From NCBI RefSeq assembly GCF_006345805.1, contig NC_043021.1, positions 10,416,001 through 10,480,000 on the forward strand: a DNA stretch of 64,000 bases, written 5' to 3'. The translations under genes and the position numbers were made by a program. Below, piece after piece: positions 38,609 through 51,079 of this stretch. This DNA is from Octopus sinensis. Lineage: Eukaryota. Below the pieces are notes generated by a model that was not told the origin of the DNA, did not search any database, and worked only from the letters and a program-made list of their open reading frames with translations. The first letter of the stretch is position 1. Each line of letters opens with the position of its first letter.

Positions 38609-39798
38609 ATTACATGATGTTGTCCTAGATGCACCAATTGACTAAAAGCTGGGTTGATCACAGCTGTGACAAACAGCATAGATCCGATGAATCATGGTTT
38701 ATATAATATGAAAAAAAGAAATAAAAAAAAAACACAACATTCGACCCACAAATAATCTGTTTCAAAGATCAGACAGTGATGATGATGATGATTATATACA
38801 TTTCCAGACACAAACAAACAAGAATGCCTCCAGGTCTGCTCTCATCATAGCTGACCAGGGATTTAACATTTGCCTCACTAATAAGTCTTCAGAGCTCACA
38901 CTTTGACCTTTGTAATACATACATGCATACGGTTTGTTTGTTTGTTTGTTTGTTTGTATATATGTGTATGTATGTATGTATGTGTCTATGTATCACTCAA
39001 TCAGTCTCTCAATCAATCAAATGTAGTTACTAATCCATACAAGAAGTTGCAGCATAGAAGAAATAAATTATCTGCTGAACTAAGCTTTTGATGTGACCTC
39101 CTTTCGTGGATGTCACATGACCTTAATACACAGACAGAGAACTGACTGAAAATTCCCTTAACACATCACGTGACTGTCCTCAACCAATCAATCTGTATAT
39201 TAGCTGATAGCAATCTGAGCCATGTTCCCTCAATAAAAAATGGATGATTTTTTATATCACAGACAGAAGCAATACAGTTTGTGACACAGTTCTACATCCT
39301 TCAAACTTACACTTTTGTGAAACCGGTTAAATGTATTAATTTTTATAGAAATTAATCTTAGATACACTCTCTGCCATTTATTTCTTATATATTGATTCAG
39401 TCCCACTGCATGACACCTTAGGCAAGTGTCTTCTATAGCTTTGGACCGACCAAATATACATACATGCTTATATAAATAATAATAATAATAATACATATAA
39501 ATATATATGGAAGCCATTTTGTCTATGTTTGTCTACCACCACTGATTGACAACCGGTGTTGGTGTATTTACATCCCTGTAACTTAGCAGTTCAGCAGAAG
39601 AGACTGATAGAAGTAACAGGCTGAAAAATAAGTACTGGGGTCGATTTGTTTGAATCAAATTCTTTAAGGCCATTCTCCCAGCATGGTTGCAATCTGATTA
39701 CTAAAATATATATATATATATATATTTCCTGAGCGCCTAATAATAATAATACTGTAATTGTTCCACGTGTTGTTTTTTCTGTTTTCCCGTTTGGATTA

Positions 39799-39829
<31 letters not shown>

Positions 39830-39838
<9 letters not shown>

Positions 39839-40163
39839 TAAATTAGAGATAAAACCACTATTAGGCAAATCATACAATGAAAAACTTAAGCCAATACATA
39901 AGATTAATTAATTTATATTATTTAAATATATATCAAAATTATTAAAAAAGATAATTAATATAACGCTACGATCGTTTCATGGCTGTTCAATTCTTAAAAT
40001 TTTCAAGTTACAGTCATTCTTCAGGTGGTTTACATATTTAACTTGGCGAGGTTTAATCAATTAATAATTTTGATATTTAAATAATATAAATTAATTAATC
40101 TTATGTATTGGCTTAAGTTTTTCATTGTATGATTTGCCTAATGGTGGTTTTATCTCTAATTTA

Positions 40164-40171
<8 letters not shown>
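39830..40171. mobile_element. Inverted-repeat element (about 93-bp arms) within (TA)n, with a hammerhead-like motif in the spacer
   Basis: Seen: 39830-39922 is the reverse complement of 40079-40171 with one mismatch noted. Confidence 0.8.
39962..40030 (-). ncRNA. Hammerhead-like motif, family P3 (core intact, stem I eroded)
   Basis: Seen on minus strand: CTGAAGA, stem II ATGACTGT/ACAGCCAT (one mismatch), GAAA, palindrome ACGATCGT, GUA site; stem I AACCAC/GCGTT pairs poorly. Confidence 0.6.
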
Positions 40172-40218
<47 letters not shown>

Positions 40219-41714
40219 ATGCCTTTGAATTTGTTCCAACAGAGTCAATCTGAGGTGTAGACAACAACTTCTGAGTCATAAGTATGTTGTTGCTTTGTCC
40301 CCTTTATCAGGTCTAAACTAGGCAGCACTATGGTCAAAAGCATTCCAGTCATGACCATCTTGTCTTTTTATAAATATCTCAGACAGTGTTATTCAAGTTT
40401 GTCCTTGTCTGTGTTTCAGGTACTAGGGTGGTACTAGGCTGCTATTTCTGGTCAGTTAAGCTCTCTCATTGGCTTGTTACTAATAAATCTTCTTGAGAGG
40501 TCAAAGTTTAATCTTAATTATCACTCCATCACTTATATTACAAGAATTCCCCCTCTGGGTCTGCTTGATCACAAACCAACTTGGAGTTGGCTACACAACA
40601 CAAATGCTTCAAATTCCAGCATATACAAAGCAAAAGGCCATTAGCGTAAGATAATTAACAGTATTGCATTTATACTTATGTAGTCAATGAGTATTCTGTC
40701 CCAGAATACATTATCATTAGAGTTGATTACTGTTGTTATTTAGCCACAGATGGCACCCAATCCGAACTAGACCACTGATCAAAAGCAATTCACCCATGAC
40801 CATCCAGTCTTTATTTTTTTCTTTTTCAACGTATTACTGTAGACTTAGTATGGTATCCTTTTTTTTTTTTTAAGATGGTAGGATGTGATTTGAGAATAAC
40901 TGGGTTTCTTTTTTCGAGCATGTTGAGTAACCCCATAGATGTTCCCTTGTTCATTAATTATGGCTGAAGTTAATTACTGACAAGTTACTAATACTTTCTG
41001 TGGTGCTTGTTCAAAATGTTTATCATCAGAATGTTGGCATTTTGATAAGGTGAGGGTCACAGTTTTGAGTTAGGGTTAGGGTTTGTGTTATCTCAAATTA
41101 GTTTTGTTGGCTTGTCATTGGTTTTCAAGGGTTTTTAATTAATTACATTTACCCTAGTAAGGCACTGGCATGGGTGTGTGGTAACAAGTTTGCTTCTCAA
41201 CCACATGGTTTTGTGTTCAATTCCACTCTGTGGCACCTTGGGCAACTGTCTTCTGCTATAGCCCCAAGTTGACCACAGCCTTCAGAGTGGATTTGGCTGA
41301 CAGAAACTGAAAGGAACCTGTTGTATGTTTATATATTTTCTGTTATTTTGTTAAATACTGACTGTATTAATCCTGGTTTCTGCAATCAGGGAGGACAGGA
41401 ATCTTAGTTTTCTTGCTTTGATTTCTTCCTTTTTGTTCCATTTTTTGCATCAATCTTCTTCACGTATTTTTTTTTCATATTTTTTTCTTATTTTCTCATT
41501 GTCCAGTGTCCTTGTTTTTGAAATATATATAAAGCATAAAACAGAACCTGAAGATTGATTGGAGATACATGGTTGTATTTTGTAAATATGCCTAAAGTAT
41601 CACCAAAGCATGAAACTATTATTAGCTTTTTCAGTTGTGTATTAAATTGATATTTATCTCTCACTGGATGGAGTACTTTTTGTGTTGATTCTTCCTATAT
41701 TGGATCTATAAACC

Positions 41715-41745
<31 letters not shown>

Positions 41746-42384
41746 TCCCAACCGCATGGTTCTCGTTTCAGTCCCACTGATGTGTCTTCTACTATATAAG
41801 CCTTGGGCCAACCAAAGCCTTGTGAGTGGATTTGGTAGATGGAAACTGAAATAAGCCCATTGTATATATATATATATATATCCATCCATAGAAAATCTGC
41901 CTCAACAAATTCCATCCAACGCATGCAAGCACAGAAAAGTGGACATCAAAACAAAGAGGATGTTGGTGTCACACAGCTCTGAGTCATAAAATTAGTGCCT
42001 TTTCAAATGATGGCTTCTGCACAGTCTTATCTCTATTAAATTCCATCCACATGATGTTTAGTTAGTCAACTTAAATCTACAGTAAACAACACTTAAGACG
42101 CCAGTGATACTGTGGGATTGAATCTGGAAGCTTGAGGTTTCAAAGAAAACTTAACAAGGATCACATAGAAACAGAGTGACTAGAGTGGCACAAAATTTGA
42201 TACCTCATGAAATAAATTTAAATGAATTTAACCTCTTTACTGTGGACGTCAGATATATCTGCTCAAAATTTCATTGCTCTTACTTAAGTGCAAAAAGCAG
42301 TTTTGTATACCAGTCTGTCTTTGGTTGAAGAATGTCATGTTTGAAACTATTTTTATGTATGTATGGATGGATGGAGGTTATGAG

Positions 42385-42870
42385 AGGTAATGGTGTCAGT
42401 GAGACCCAAAGGTGTCAGGTAATGCTGAATAAGTGCTATGCATAGACCATAGTTAAGTTCCAGGTTCGGTGATTATGCGAGTAAGGGGTCCAACTTAGGT
42501 CATATATCAGCGTGTGTATATAAAAATTTTTTTTTCCATAATGAGATAAAAAACGAAGGCTGTGTAGATTTTAGAACATTTACAAATAGGTCTTACAGCT
42601 GTTTCTAGGATATTTTATATATCCCTTCATCGGAGACGGTGTGAGAAAATGGTTGAGCGATAGTTAATATAGATAAGATAGGAAATAGAGAGTGAGGTGG
42701 AGGAATGAAAATAGATTTGAGATATGCAGGGATATTGTATTTGTAGATCCATTATTAGGCAGAATGGTATACATATAAGATTCCAGTATTCTATGAGTAA
42801 AATCCAATAGTATTTAAAATTGGTCATTCCAAATATAGAGTTTATACACAGTGTTATTGAATCAAGGGTT
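42385..42870 (-). mobile_element. Second P1 Penelope-like fragment; hammerhead at 42590-42637 has U4->C (CCGATGA)
   Basis: Seen: reverse-complement homologue of 24120-24631. Confidence 0.65.
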
Positions 42871-42874
42871 TTAT

Positions 42875-43103
42875 TTAACCCTTTTGTTACCAACCTAGCT
42901 GAAACCGGCTCTGGCTCTGTAGTACAAATGTTTTGTTTTCATAAGTTTTGAATTAAAATTTTCCACTAAACATTAGTCACAAGTTATGTTCCTAACACTA
43001 GCTGAATGATAACTAAGTTATTTTACTAAATTCTTTGTTATATTTAAAATAATTGAAAGAAACTCAGAGCATTTCAAAATAAATATGGTAACGAAAGGGT
43101 TAA
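42875..43103. mobile_element. TTAA-flanked piggyBac-type MITE, family M3
   Basis: Seen: TIR CCCTTTTGTTACCA / TGGTAACGAAAGGG between TTAAs. Second copy at 61823-62044, preceded by a partial copy at 61737-61822. Confidence 0.85.
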
Positions 43104-43645
43104 AGTGACCTAAAAGTAGGGGATGTTTGTATTTATCTTTCTATCATTGTACCTTTTGACTTACCCTCCCTCCTTTGTATCTTTTTGTCTCCCATGTCAT
43201 TTTTGAAACTACTTAATTTCACAGTTAAAGGGTTAAAGATGTTTATTCATTTTATCAATCTCTACTGAATTAAGTGACACTTGACATAAAGAGGCACATC
43301 TCAAAAGACCAGTTCTCACCAGTAAAACTCAATATGAACACATTCCACCCATCCCCTTGTGCTTGAGAAAATTTGTCAAGCCAAGTGAAATTGCAACTGT
43401 GGCCAGTCCTGGAGACGCATAAAAAGCATCCTTGCTGTTGACATGTAAAAGGCACTCATGGTAGTAACACATAAAAGGCATCCACTACATTCTTGGAGTG
43501 GTGGTGTTAGGAAGGGCTTTCAAGTGTGGAAACCAAGCCAAATCAGACTGGAACCTGGTACAGTTCTCTGGCTTACCAGTTCCATTCAGACTGTCTAACC
43601 CAGGCCAGCATGGAAAGCAGATGCTAAGTAATAATAATGATGATA

Positions 43646-43698
<53 letters not shown>

Positions 43699-44110
43699 CA
43701 CCATTCGAGTGTGATTGTTACCAGCGTCGCCTTACTGGCACTTGTGAAAAAACATTCGAGCGAGGTCATTGCCAGTGCCGCTGGACTGGCTCCTGTGCAG
43801 GTGGCACATAAAAAACACCATTTGAGCATGGCTGTTGCCAGTACCGCCTGGCTGGCCCTTGTGCCGGTGGCACGTAAAAGCACCACTACACTCTCGGAGT
43901 GGTTGGTGTTAGGAAGGGCATCCAGCTGTAGAAAGTCTGCCAGATCAGATTGGAGCCTGATGCCGCCATCTGGTTCACCATCTTCAGTCAAATCGTCGAA
44001 CCTGTGCTAGCATGGAAAGTGGATGTTAAACGATGATGATGATGATAGTTGCCATGATAGATCGTTAGCCACTACACACATTTTTTTCTCTCCTTGTTTT
44101 TTCTGCGTCC

Positions 44111-44146
44111 CTTTCTGTAGAAGAGCGTAGGCTCGAAACGTAAAAG
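44111..44146 (+). ncRNA. Hammerhead-like motif, family P2, A6->U core variant
   Basis: Seen: CTTT CTGTAGA A GAGC-GTAG-GCTC GAA ACGT A AAAG, in a roughly 170-bp unit (44047-44218) ending at a TA tract. Confidence 0.6.
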
Positions 44147-45509
44147 ACTTTTTCTATTCCTGAGCGTTATACTAATACATCTGTTTGTTTTGTACACCAC
44201 CTGTCTTCATCTTTGGTTTTTTTTCGTAAACTCTCCCTATATATATATGATGGCATCTGTACAGTTTCTGTTTACTAAACTCCACTCACAAAGTGTTGGC
44301 CCGCCCAATGTACCATGCTGTGAGGTTGAACTTAGAAGCTTGTTGCAGCAACGCAAAGTTCCTAGCAACAAGACTACACCAGCACATATGTCTGCAACTT
44401 CTTGATTTGTTTGTTTATTTTCACTTAGTGTTAACTGAAAGGCAGGAGATAATCAAGAACCATCTTTAATGAAATTACCTAGAATAGAGCCCCTGTCTTC
44501 TTCTATGTACTGGTAACTTCACAGTGCACATTCCAGCAGCACTGTAATCAACAAGACAAATCATTAACATAACCAATGATTGTATTACGGACACTGTCGA
44601 AAATAAGTTAATGAAAGTTTAACGACCCATTGCTAAAATATCTCAATCAATCCCTTGTTAGATTGGTTTTGTTAAGTCAACTGGTTCAAGTCAAACTGTC
44701 ATCAGTGCTCTGTGTGTTTGTGTGTGTGTAGGGGGAAGAAGCTGTGATTTGTTGTTTAAGTCTCAGGTCAGCCTATGCCAAGAAGATAATTGATCACAGG
44801 CACTCCAACTGTGACCATCATCCAAGTTATTTTTTCTTTATTATCCTTGGCATAGTACACACAGTACACACTAGATAACATTGCCCAATGATTTTTCTTG
44901 TTCTTTTTCAAGTTGTTATGGTTGTGTGTACTTTTATTAATAATTAAGCACAGGCATGGTTGTGCAGTAAGAAGCTTGCTTCCCAACCACATGGTTCCAG
45001 GTTCAATCCCACTCTGTGGCACCCCTTTGTACAGCCATGTAATGACACGCATGCTTTTCTCAGCCTATTTTCTTTTCTTTCTCTCCAAATCTTTCCTCTT
45101 TCTGACAAAGAGCCATGCTTGAAACATCACACTCCCTCTTTTTTAATCTATCTTAAACTGAGCACTGACCTGATACATTCACTGTGTACATCCTTTTGAC
45201 TTTTGTTGTGTTTATTTTTCTTTCATGCATACATACATACATACATACATACAGTCACATGTGTATATCTTTATAAATACATGTATGTATGCATGTATGT
45301 GTATTTATCTTTCTATCATTGTACCTTTTGACTTTCCCCTCATTCTTCGTATCCATTTATCTGTAACTTTTTATCTTTTTCCTTTTTGCGTCTTATCTAC
45401 TCCTACTCTTGTTATCTATATATGGCTCTTCCTCTTTCTCACTCTCACTCATCTGCACCCCTTCTTTATATCCTTCCCCCCATGCACATATGCATATATG
45501 TATATATAC

Positions 45510-45570
<61 letters not shown>

Positions 45571-45575
<5 letters not shown>

Positions 45576-45813
45576 GTAAATGTAATATGTGACAATTATT
45601 TGGTAGCCATGATAAACCTCCGAATTTCGGATGTCGGGGCGGAAATCCATGACGCCATCTCTTCAGTTATCCGGCCATCGGATAAAAACATAGCAATTTT
45701 TCCTATTGGCTGGATAACTGAAGAGATGGCGGTGTAGATTTGCGCCCCGACATCCGAAACTCGGAGGTTTATCATGGCTACCAAATAATTGTCACATATT
45801 ACATTTACAGATA
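45571..45813. mobile_element. Near-perfect foldback (107-bp arms, 29-nt loop) between (TA)n tracts, with a hammerhead-like core in each arm
   Basis: Seen: arms 45571-45677 and 45707-45813; CTGAAGA 45718-45724 and GAAA 45756-45759 in the right arm. Confidence 0.8.
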
Positions 45814-45878
45814 AATTCCTCTATTTACATAATATCGAGGTCTCTTTCATTCTTTTGTTGTCTTACCATTTTTTCTAT

Positions 45879-45921
<43 letters not shown>

Positions 45922-48069
45922 TATATGTCAATATGAGGATTATCTTTGCATTAATCTGGCAAGAATGACCAAGTCTATACTTTGTGGAAGAGGTCTAATA
46001 AGACTGAAATATGTTAGGAGTTGTGACTCATATTTGTGAAAACCAGATTAAAATAATATCATTCATTAAGCTAATTATTTCTTCTCACTATGTAAATATA
46101 AGTAATGCATTTGATTTTTCCTTTCACTTCTTCACTAAAATTGTACTTTGGAATTTGATTTGGTGAAACTCAAAAGTTATCATACAAAGTTGTACACAGA
46201 TAGAACAAAAGAAATGATAAAGGAGAAGACAATAATCCATTAGACACACACATTTGTGTGTGTATTACATTTTACTCTCTTTACTTGCTTGTTTCAGTCA
46301 TTTGACTGTGGCCATGCTGGAGCACCGCCTTTTAGCCGAGCAAATCGACCCCAGGACTTATTCTTTGTAAGCCTAGTACTTATTCTGTCGGTGACTTTTG
46401 CCGAACCGCTAAGTTACGGGGATGTAAACACACCAGCATCGGTTGTCAAGCAATGTTAAGGGGAATAAACACAGACACACAAACATATACACACACATAC
46501 ATATATATATATTCATATATACAACAGGTTTCTCTCAGTTTCCGTCTACCAAATCCACTCACATGGCTTAAGACAAAGGGATTAAGTTGATTACATCAAT
46601 CCCCTTCCCCCAGTGCGTAACTAGTACTTGATTTATCGACCCCGAAAGGATGAAAGGTAAAGTTGACCTCCGCCGAATTTGAACTCAGAATGTAACGGCA
46701 GACGAAATACCACTAAGCATTTTGCCTGACGTGCTAACATTTCTGCCAGGTCGTTCGTCATTACCTTCTGCTGGAGCCGCATGGAGCTTAAGAGTTTCGC
46801 TCATAAACACACACATTGTCTGGTCTGAGATTCGAACCCGTGATCCCTCAACTGCAAGTCCGCTGCTCTAACCGCTAGGCCATGTGCCTCTACATATATA
46901 TTATATAGGCATATGCATGCGTATACATATAACCACCATCAGCACACTGTTAGATAACTCTTCTTAATTTCAACACCCACCTCTGTTAGTCCGCATCATA
47001 CAATCAACAGTCAACCATTCATCCTACTTTGCTGCTACTTTCCTCCACTCCTTTCCCCTTCTCTTCTTTCCTCCCCCTCTCTCCTTCACCCCTTCTCTCC
47101 CTCTCCCTCCTCTCTCTCCATTCATAGTGGTGGTGAAGTAGAGTCTGCATATCTTCTCTCCTTTGCTAAGTGCGATCCTATTCCGTGTATCAAATTTCGG
47201 AAATAGATCTGCAAAAATTTCGGCTCACTTTTTTTTTTTCCCATTCCTTCTTCTGTTCCTTGGATCCATTCCTTTCTGCTTTTTTTTTTTTCCCCACAAT
47301 CTTCTCCCCTTCTTGCATTAGTTCCCTTCTTTTTTTCTTTCTTTGCCTTTTTGATTCTTTTCCTTTTTTTTCCCCTGCTATCCTTCTTTCCATTCTTTCC
47401 TTTTCCTCCTCTTCCCTCTCTCCCTCACTAATTTACGTGCTCCTTCCACCCACCACCTTGCCCATCCCCACTTGTGCCTCCTGTCTGATGCCTCATATCC
47501 TCTCTTAGTCTTACTGCATGAGTGTTGGTGACAACTCATTACTGTCTCCACAGATACACCCACTCCACCTCATTGCCAGCTTGTTTGTTTGTTGGTTGTT
47601 GCTGCTGTTAATCTTGAGACAAAAATGTGGTCCAAATCCTGTTAAAACCAGCTATTTTGCAATGTCACAGACTGTTTAATCAAGGAACCTGTAGTAGACA
47701 TAAACCCAGGAAGACATGGGACGAGGTGATGAAGCATGAACTTTGAACCTCACAGAGGCAATGACTAGTGACCAAGACCATTTGTTATGTGTTCTGCTTA
47801 AGAGGACCCATCAAGCGACAACTTTTGAATGTGTAAGAGACATAATTGAGGGCAAGTTCGCTGTGACATCTTGGCTGGAAAACTACACTTGAAGATTTCC
47901 ATCAAGATGGCATTTAGATCTGCCATCATGGATGAGTAAAAGAGAGCATACTTAGACTTCTGCATATTCAGTTGATTATAGCGGTTCATGGTGGACATAT
48001 TTAGTAATATTTCCCCTTATGTTATAACAAACGTACAGTTTCATACTTCTATCTTTCCAACAAGTGGAA

Positions 48070-48368
48070 GTGCAATGGCCCAGTGGTTAGGGCAGCGGAC
48101 TTGCGGTCGGAGGATTGCGGTTTTGATTCCCAGACCAGGCGTTGTGTGTGTTTATTGAGCGAAAACACCTAAAAGCTCCACGAAGCTCTGGCAGGGAGTG
48201 GTGGCGACCCCCTGTTGTACTCTTTTGCCACACCCTTCTCTCACTCTCTCTTCCTGTTTCTTGAGTAATGCTGCGATGGACTGGTGTCTCGTCCAGCTGG
48301 GGGGAACACATATGCCACAGAAACCGGGAAACCAGGCTCATGAGCCTGGTTAGGCTTGAAAAGGGCGA
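48070..48368 (+). mobile_element. SINE family D reference copy
   Basis: Seen: TGGCCCAGTGG A-box, GGTTTTGATTCC B-box-like, ends GGCTTGAAAAGGGCG. Confidence 0.82.
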
Positions 48369-49434
48369 CGAATCTTTCCAACACAGGCTTTGAAGCATTT
48401 CAACAGTCTCAGTTTAGCTGCTTGATCCTTTATATTTTTTAGTGTGTGTGTGTGTGTGCGTAACACATGTACCCAATTAATTCCAATTACCCCATTCAGG
48501 TTAGATTTGTAATGATATATTCTAGGCTGAAACCTATTTCTACCTTATTCTTGTACACTTTGGCAAGACTTATCACTGAAGGACCTAGAAATTATGTGTG
48601 CTATATGTCTGTTTCTATCTGTCTCTATCAGCGTTTTAGGTGAGTCATCAGTAAAATCTGATAGCAATCACACAACATACGGTCTAGATTGAAACTTTGC
48701 ATTGAGTCTGTGCCAACCATCAGTGATAATTCTGTTGGATTTACTCTGATATAATTCACCCCATATAGAGAGGCTCTATGTGGTCAACTTGCTAGAAATA
48801 GCAGCCTAACTTATGTCAGATCTCATCTTGCTATCTTGTAAAAAAGACATTGAATATTATGTTTCATAATAATAAAAAAAAAAGACTTCATGCTCTTGAT
48901 CATAGGCCTGCTTCATGCTCTTGGTCACGCATGCCTGCTGTTGACCTGGGGCTAGTCCTACTTAGCTCTGCTGCAATTGCCTGCAGAAACACTGGGTTAC
49001 TTGAGAAGAAAATTCAATGCGAAACCTGTTGTTACACTCGTTTAATCATTTGCTGTATTATATTATATATAAGGCATTGTCCCAGTTGCTGTGGTGAATC
49101 TACATTGTTAATATCAGATGTTTAAACGTTTACCTTCACGTTACAGGTGTGTTTGAGCAGAACTGATGTGAGTTACTCAACAACTGCAGCAGTTTAATTC
49201 TATGATTTATCACATGTACTTAACACATGATAATGCGGAGGCACGTGGCTTAGTGGTTAGGGTGTCAGCATCATGATCATGATCATAATATTGTGGTTTT
49301 GATTCCTGGACTGGGCGACGCGTTGTGTTCTTGAGCAAAACACTTCATTTCACGTTGCTCCAGTCCACTCAGCTGGCAAAAATGAGTAACGCTGCGCCAT
49401 TGAAACTGGGCTCATGAGCCTGGGTAGGCGAAAG

Positions 49435-49470
<36 letters not shown>

Positions 49471-49666
49471 CATCATCATCATCATCATCATCATTTAGCG
49501 TCCGTTTTCCATGCTAGCATGGGTTGGACGGTTCAACTGGGGTCTGGGGAGCCCGAAGGCTGCACCAGGCCAGTCAGATCTGGCAGTGTTTCTACAGCTG
49601 GATGCCCTTCCTAACGCCAACCACTCCGAGAGTGTAGTGATATATATATATATATAAGGGCGAAAG

Positions 49667-49702
<36 letters not shown>

Positions 49703-50048
49703 ATGTGTGAAGACGTGGGGCTTAGTGGTTAGGGTGTCCGCATCATGATCATAAGATTGTGGTTTTGATTCCTGGACTGGGCGACGCGTTGTGTTTTTGA
49801 GCAAAACACTTCATTTCACGTTGCTCCAGTCCACTCAGCTGGCAAAAATGATTAACGCTGCGATGGATGGATGGGTGTCCCGTCCAGCTTGGGAAACACA
49901 TACGCCATGGAAACCGGGCCCATGAGCCTGGCTAGGCTTTAAAAGGGTGCATTTATTATTTATTTACTTACACATGATATGTCTCAATTGGTACACTATA
50001 ATGTTACAATTAAGACATGCTTTGATTGGCACATTGTATTACACTTAA

Positions 50049-51000
50049 CCCTATCATTCTGTGTTCCTGGTATAGCAAGAATAGCCTAAATGTGATCTCT
50101 TCCAGATTCCTGTTTAAGCGATAATGAGCAACACACAAAGGAAAAAAAAAAGTACTAAAAATAATCAGCTGATCACATTGCAGCTTTGTAGTTATGTGTT
50201 TATGGCTCATTGTTAATGGTGTCCCCCATCATAGATGCTGTTTACTTTGGTTTTTAATTGAAAAAAAAAAAAAGTAATTGCAGCGTGGAAGGTGTTTATA
50301 AGCCATTTAAGAAACACACAAAATCCATTAGATTCACTTCAAAATTTAAATTTAATTTGTCAAAATATTTTCGTCGTTTTGAGATCGCAACCTGTTCACT
50401 AACAAAATTCCGTGCTGGGAATTATGACAGTGAATAGGTCATGGTTCAAAGCGACAAAAATATTTTGACAAATTGAATTTAAATGTTGAAGTGAATCTAA
50501 CGGATTTTGTGCATTTCTTAAATGGCTTATAAATACCTTCATGCTGCAATTGTTTCGTTCCAGCACACGATCTCAGATCAGGTCACCTGCTATGCAAGTA
50601 CATCTCCGTAAAAAAAAAATCAAGATATTTTTGCAATGAAACAAGTGTGATGAACCCCAGCACTTCATCTGGTAAACAAGCAAGTCCTAGACTCTTTGCA
50701 GTTGAGGACATTATTCTTCAGGTGAAGAGTTTACCCTTACATAGACAATGAGAGTGATTTGGACAATGAAACTGCTGAAAGTGATGAGGAAAGTTGTGAT
50801 TTGGGTGAACAAACATGGTTTTTCAGAGATAGGCCTATTATCATTGTTCCGCTGAATTTTCTTTTGTGATTATTTTCAATAGTTTGCCAGCAATTGTTTA
50901 CTCTTGAGCTGTAATAGGCAACTATTTATTTTTTTGCTGAGGAACCTAGGTGGTGGGGGTGGGGGGTAAAGTTAGACACAAGGGCCCATATCTGAGAGGG
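50049..51000. mobile_element. Non-autonomous piggyBac-like element with a nested foldback
   Basis: Seen: TTAA at 50045 and 51001; short TIR CCCTATCA / TGAGAGGG; the flanking tandem repeat (TTAAGACATGCTTTGA) resumes after the right TTAA; acidic remnant DNESDLDNETAESDEE at about 50744-50791. Confidence 0.55.
50276..50551. repeat. Long foldback (about 123-bp arms, 30-nt spacer)
   Basis: Seen: 50276-50399 is the reverse complement of 50430-50551 with scattered, mostly transition, mismatches. Confidence 0.9.
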
Positions 51001-51079
51001 TTAAGACATGCTTTGACTGTCAAACTGTACCATTATCAAAGACTCTGCTATATTGTACTGTATCTAAGACAGTGTAACT

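Noticed and set aside
40992-41055. Candidate ACAP exon 2 ending TTTGATAAG/GTGAGG
   Set aside because: No acceptor at the expected distance, the translation is not BAR-like, and the nearer acceptor gives an in-frame stop.
41069-41082. TTAGGGTTAGGG
   Set aside because: Only two units; expected by chance, not an interstitial telomere.
48070-48145. tRNA-like sequences at SINE heads (families A, B, D)
   Set aside because: A and B boxes are present but there is no complete cloverleaf, and they continue directly into SINE bodies; not tRNA genes.
49147-49173. TTACAG/...GAT/GTGAGT micro-exon candidate
   Set aside because: In the required phase it reads (AG)G-TGT-GTT-TGA, a stop codon.
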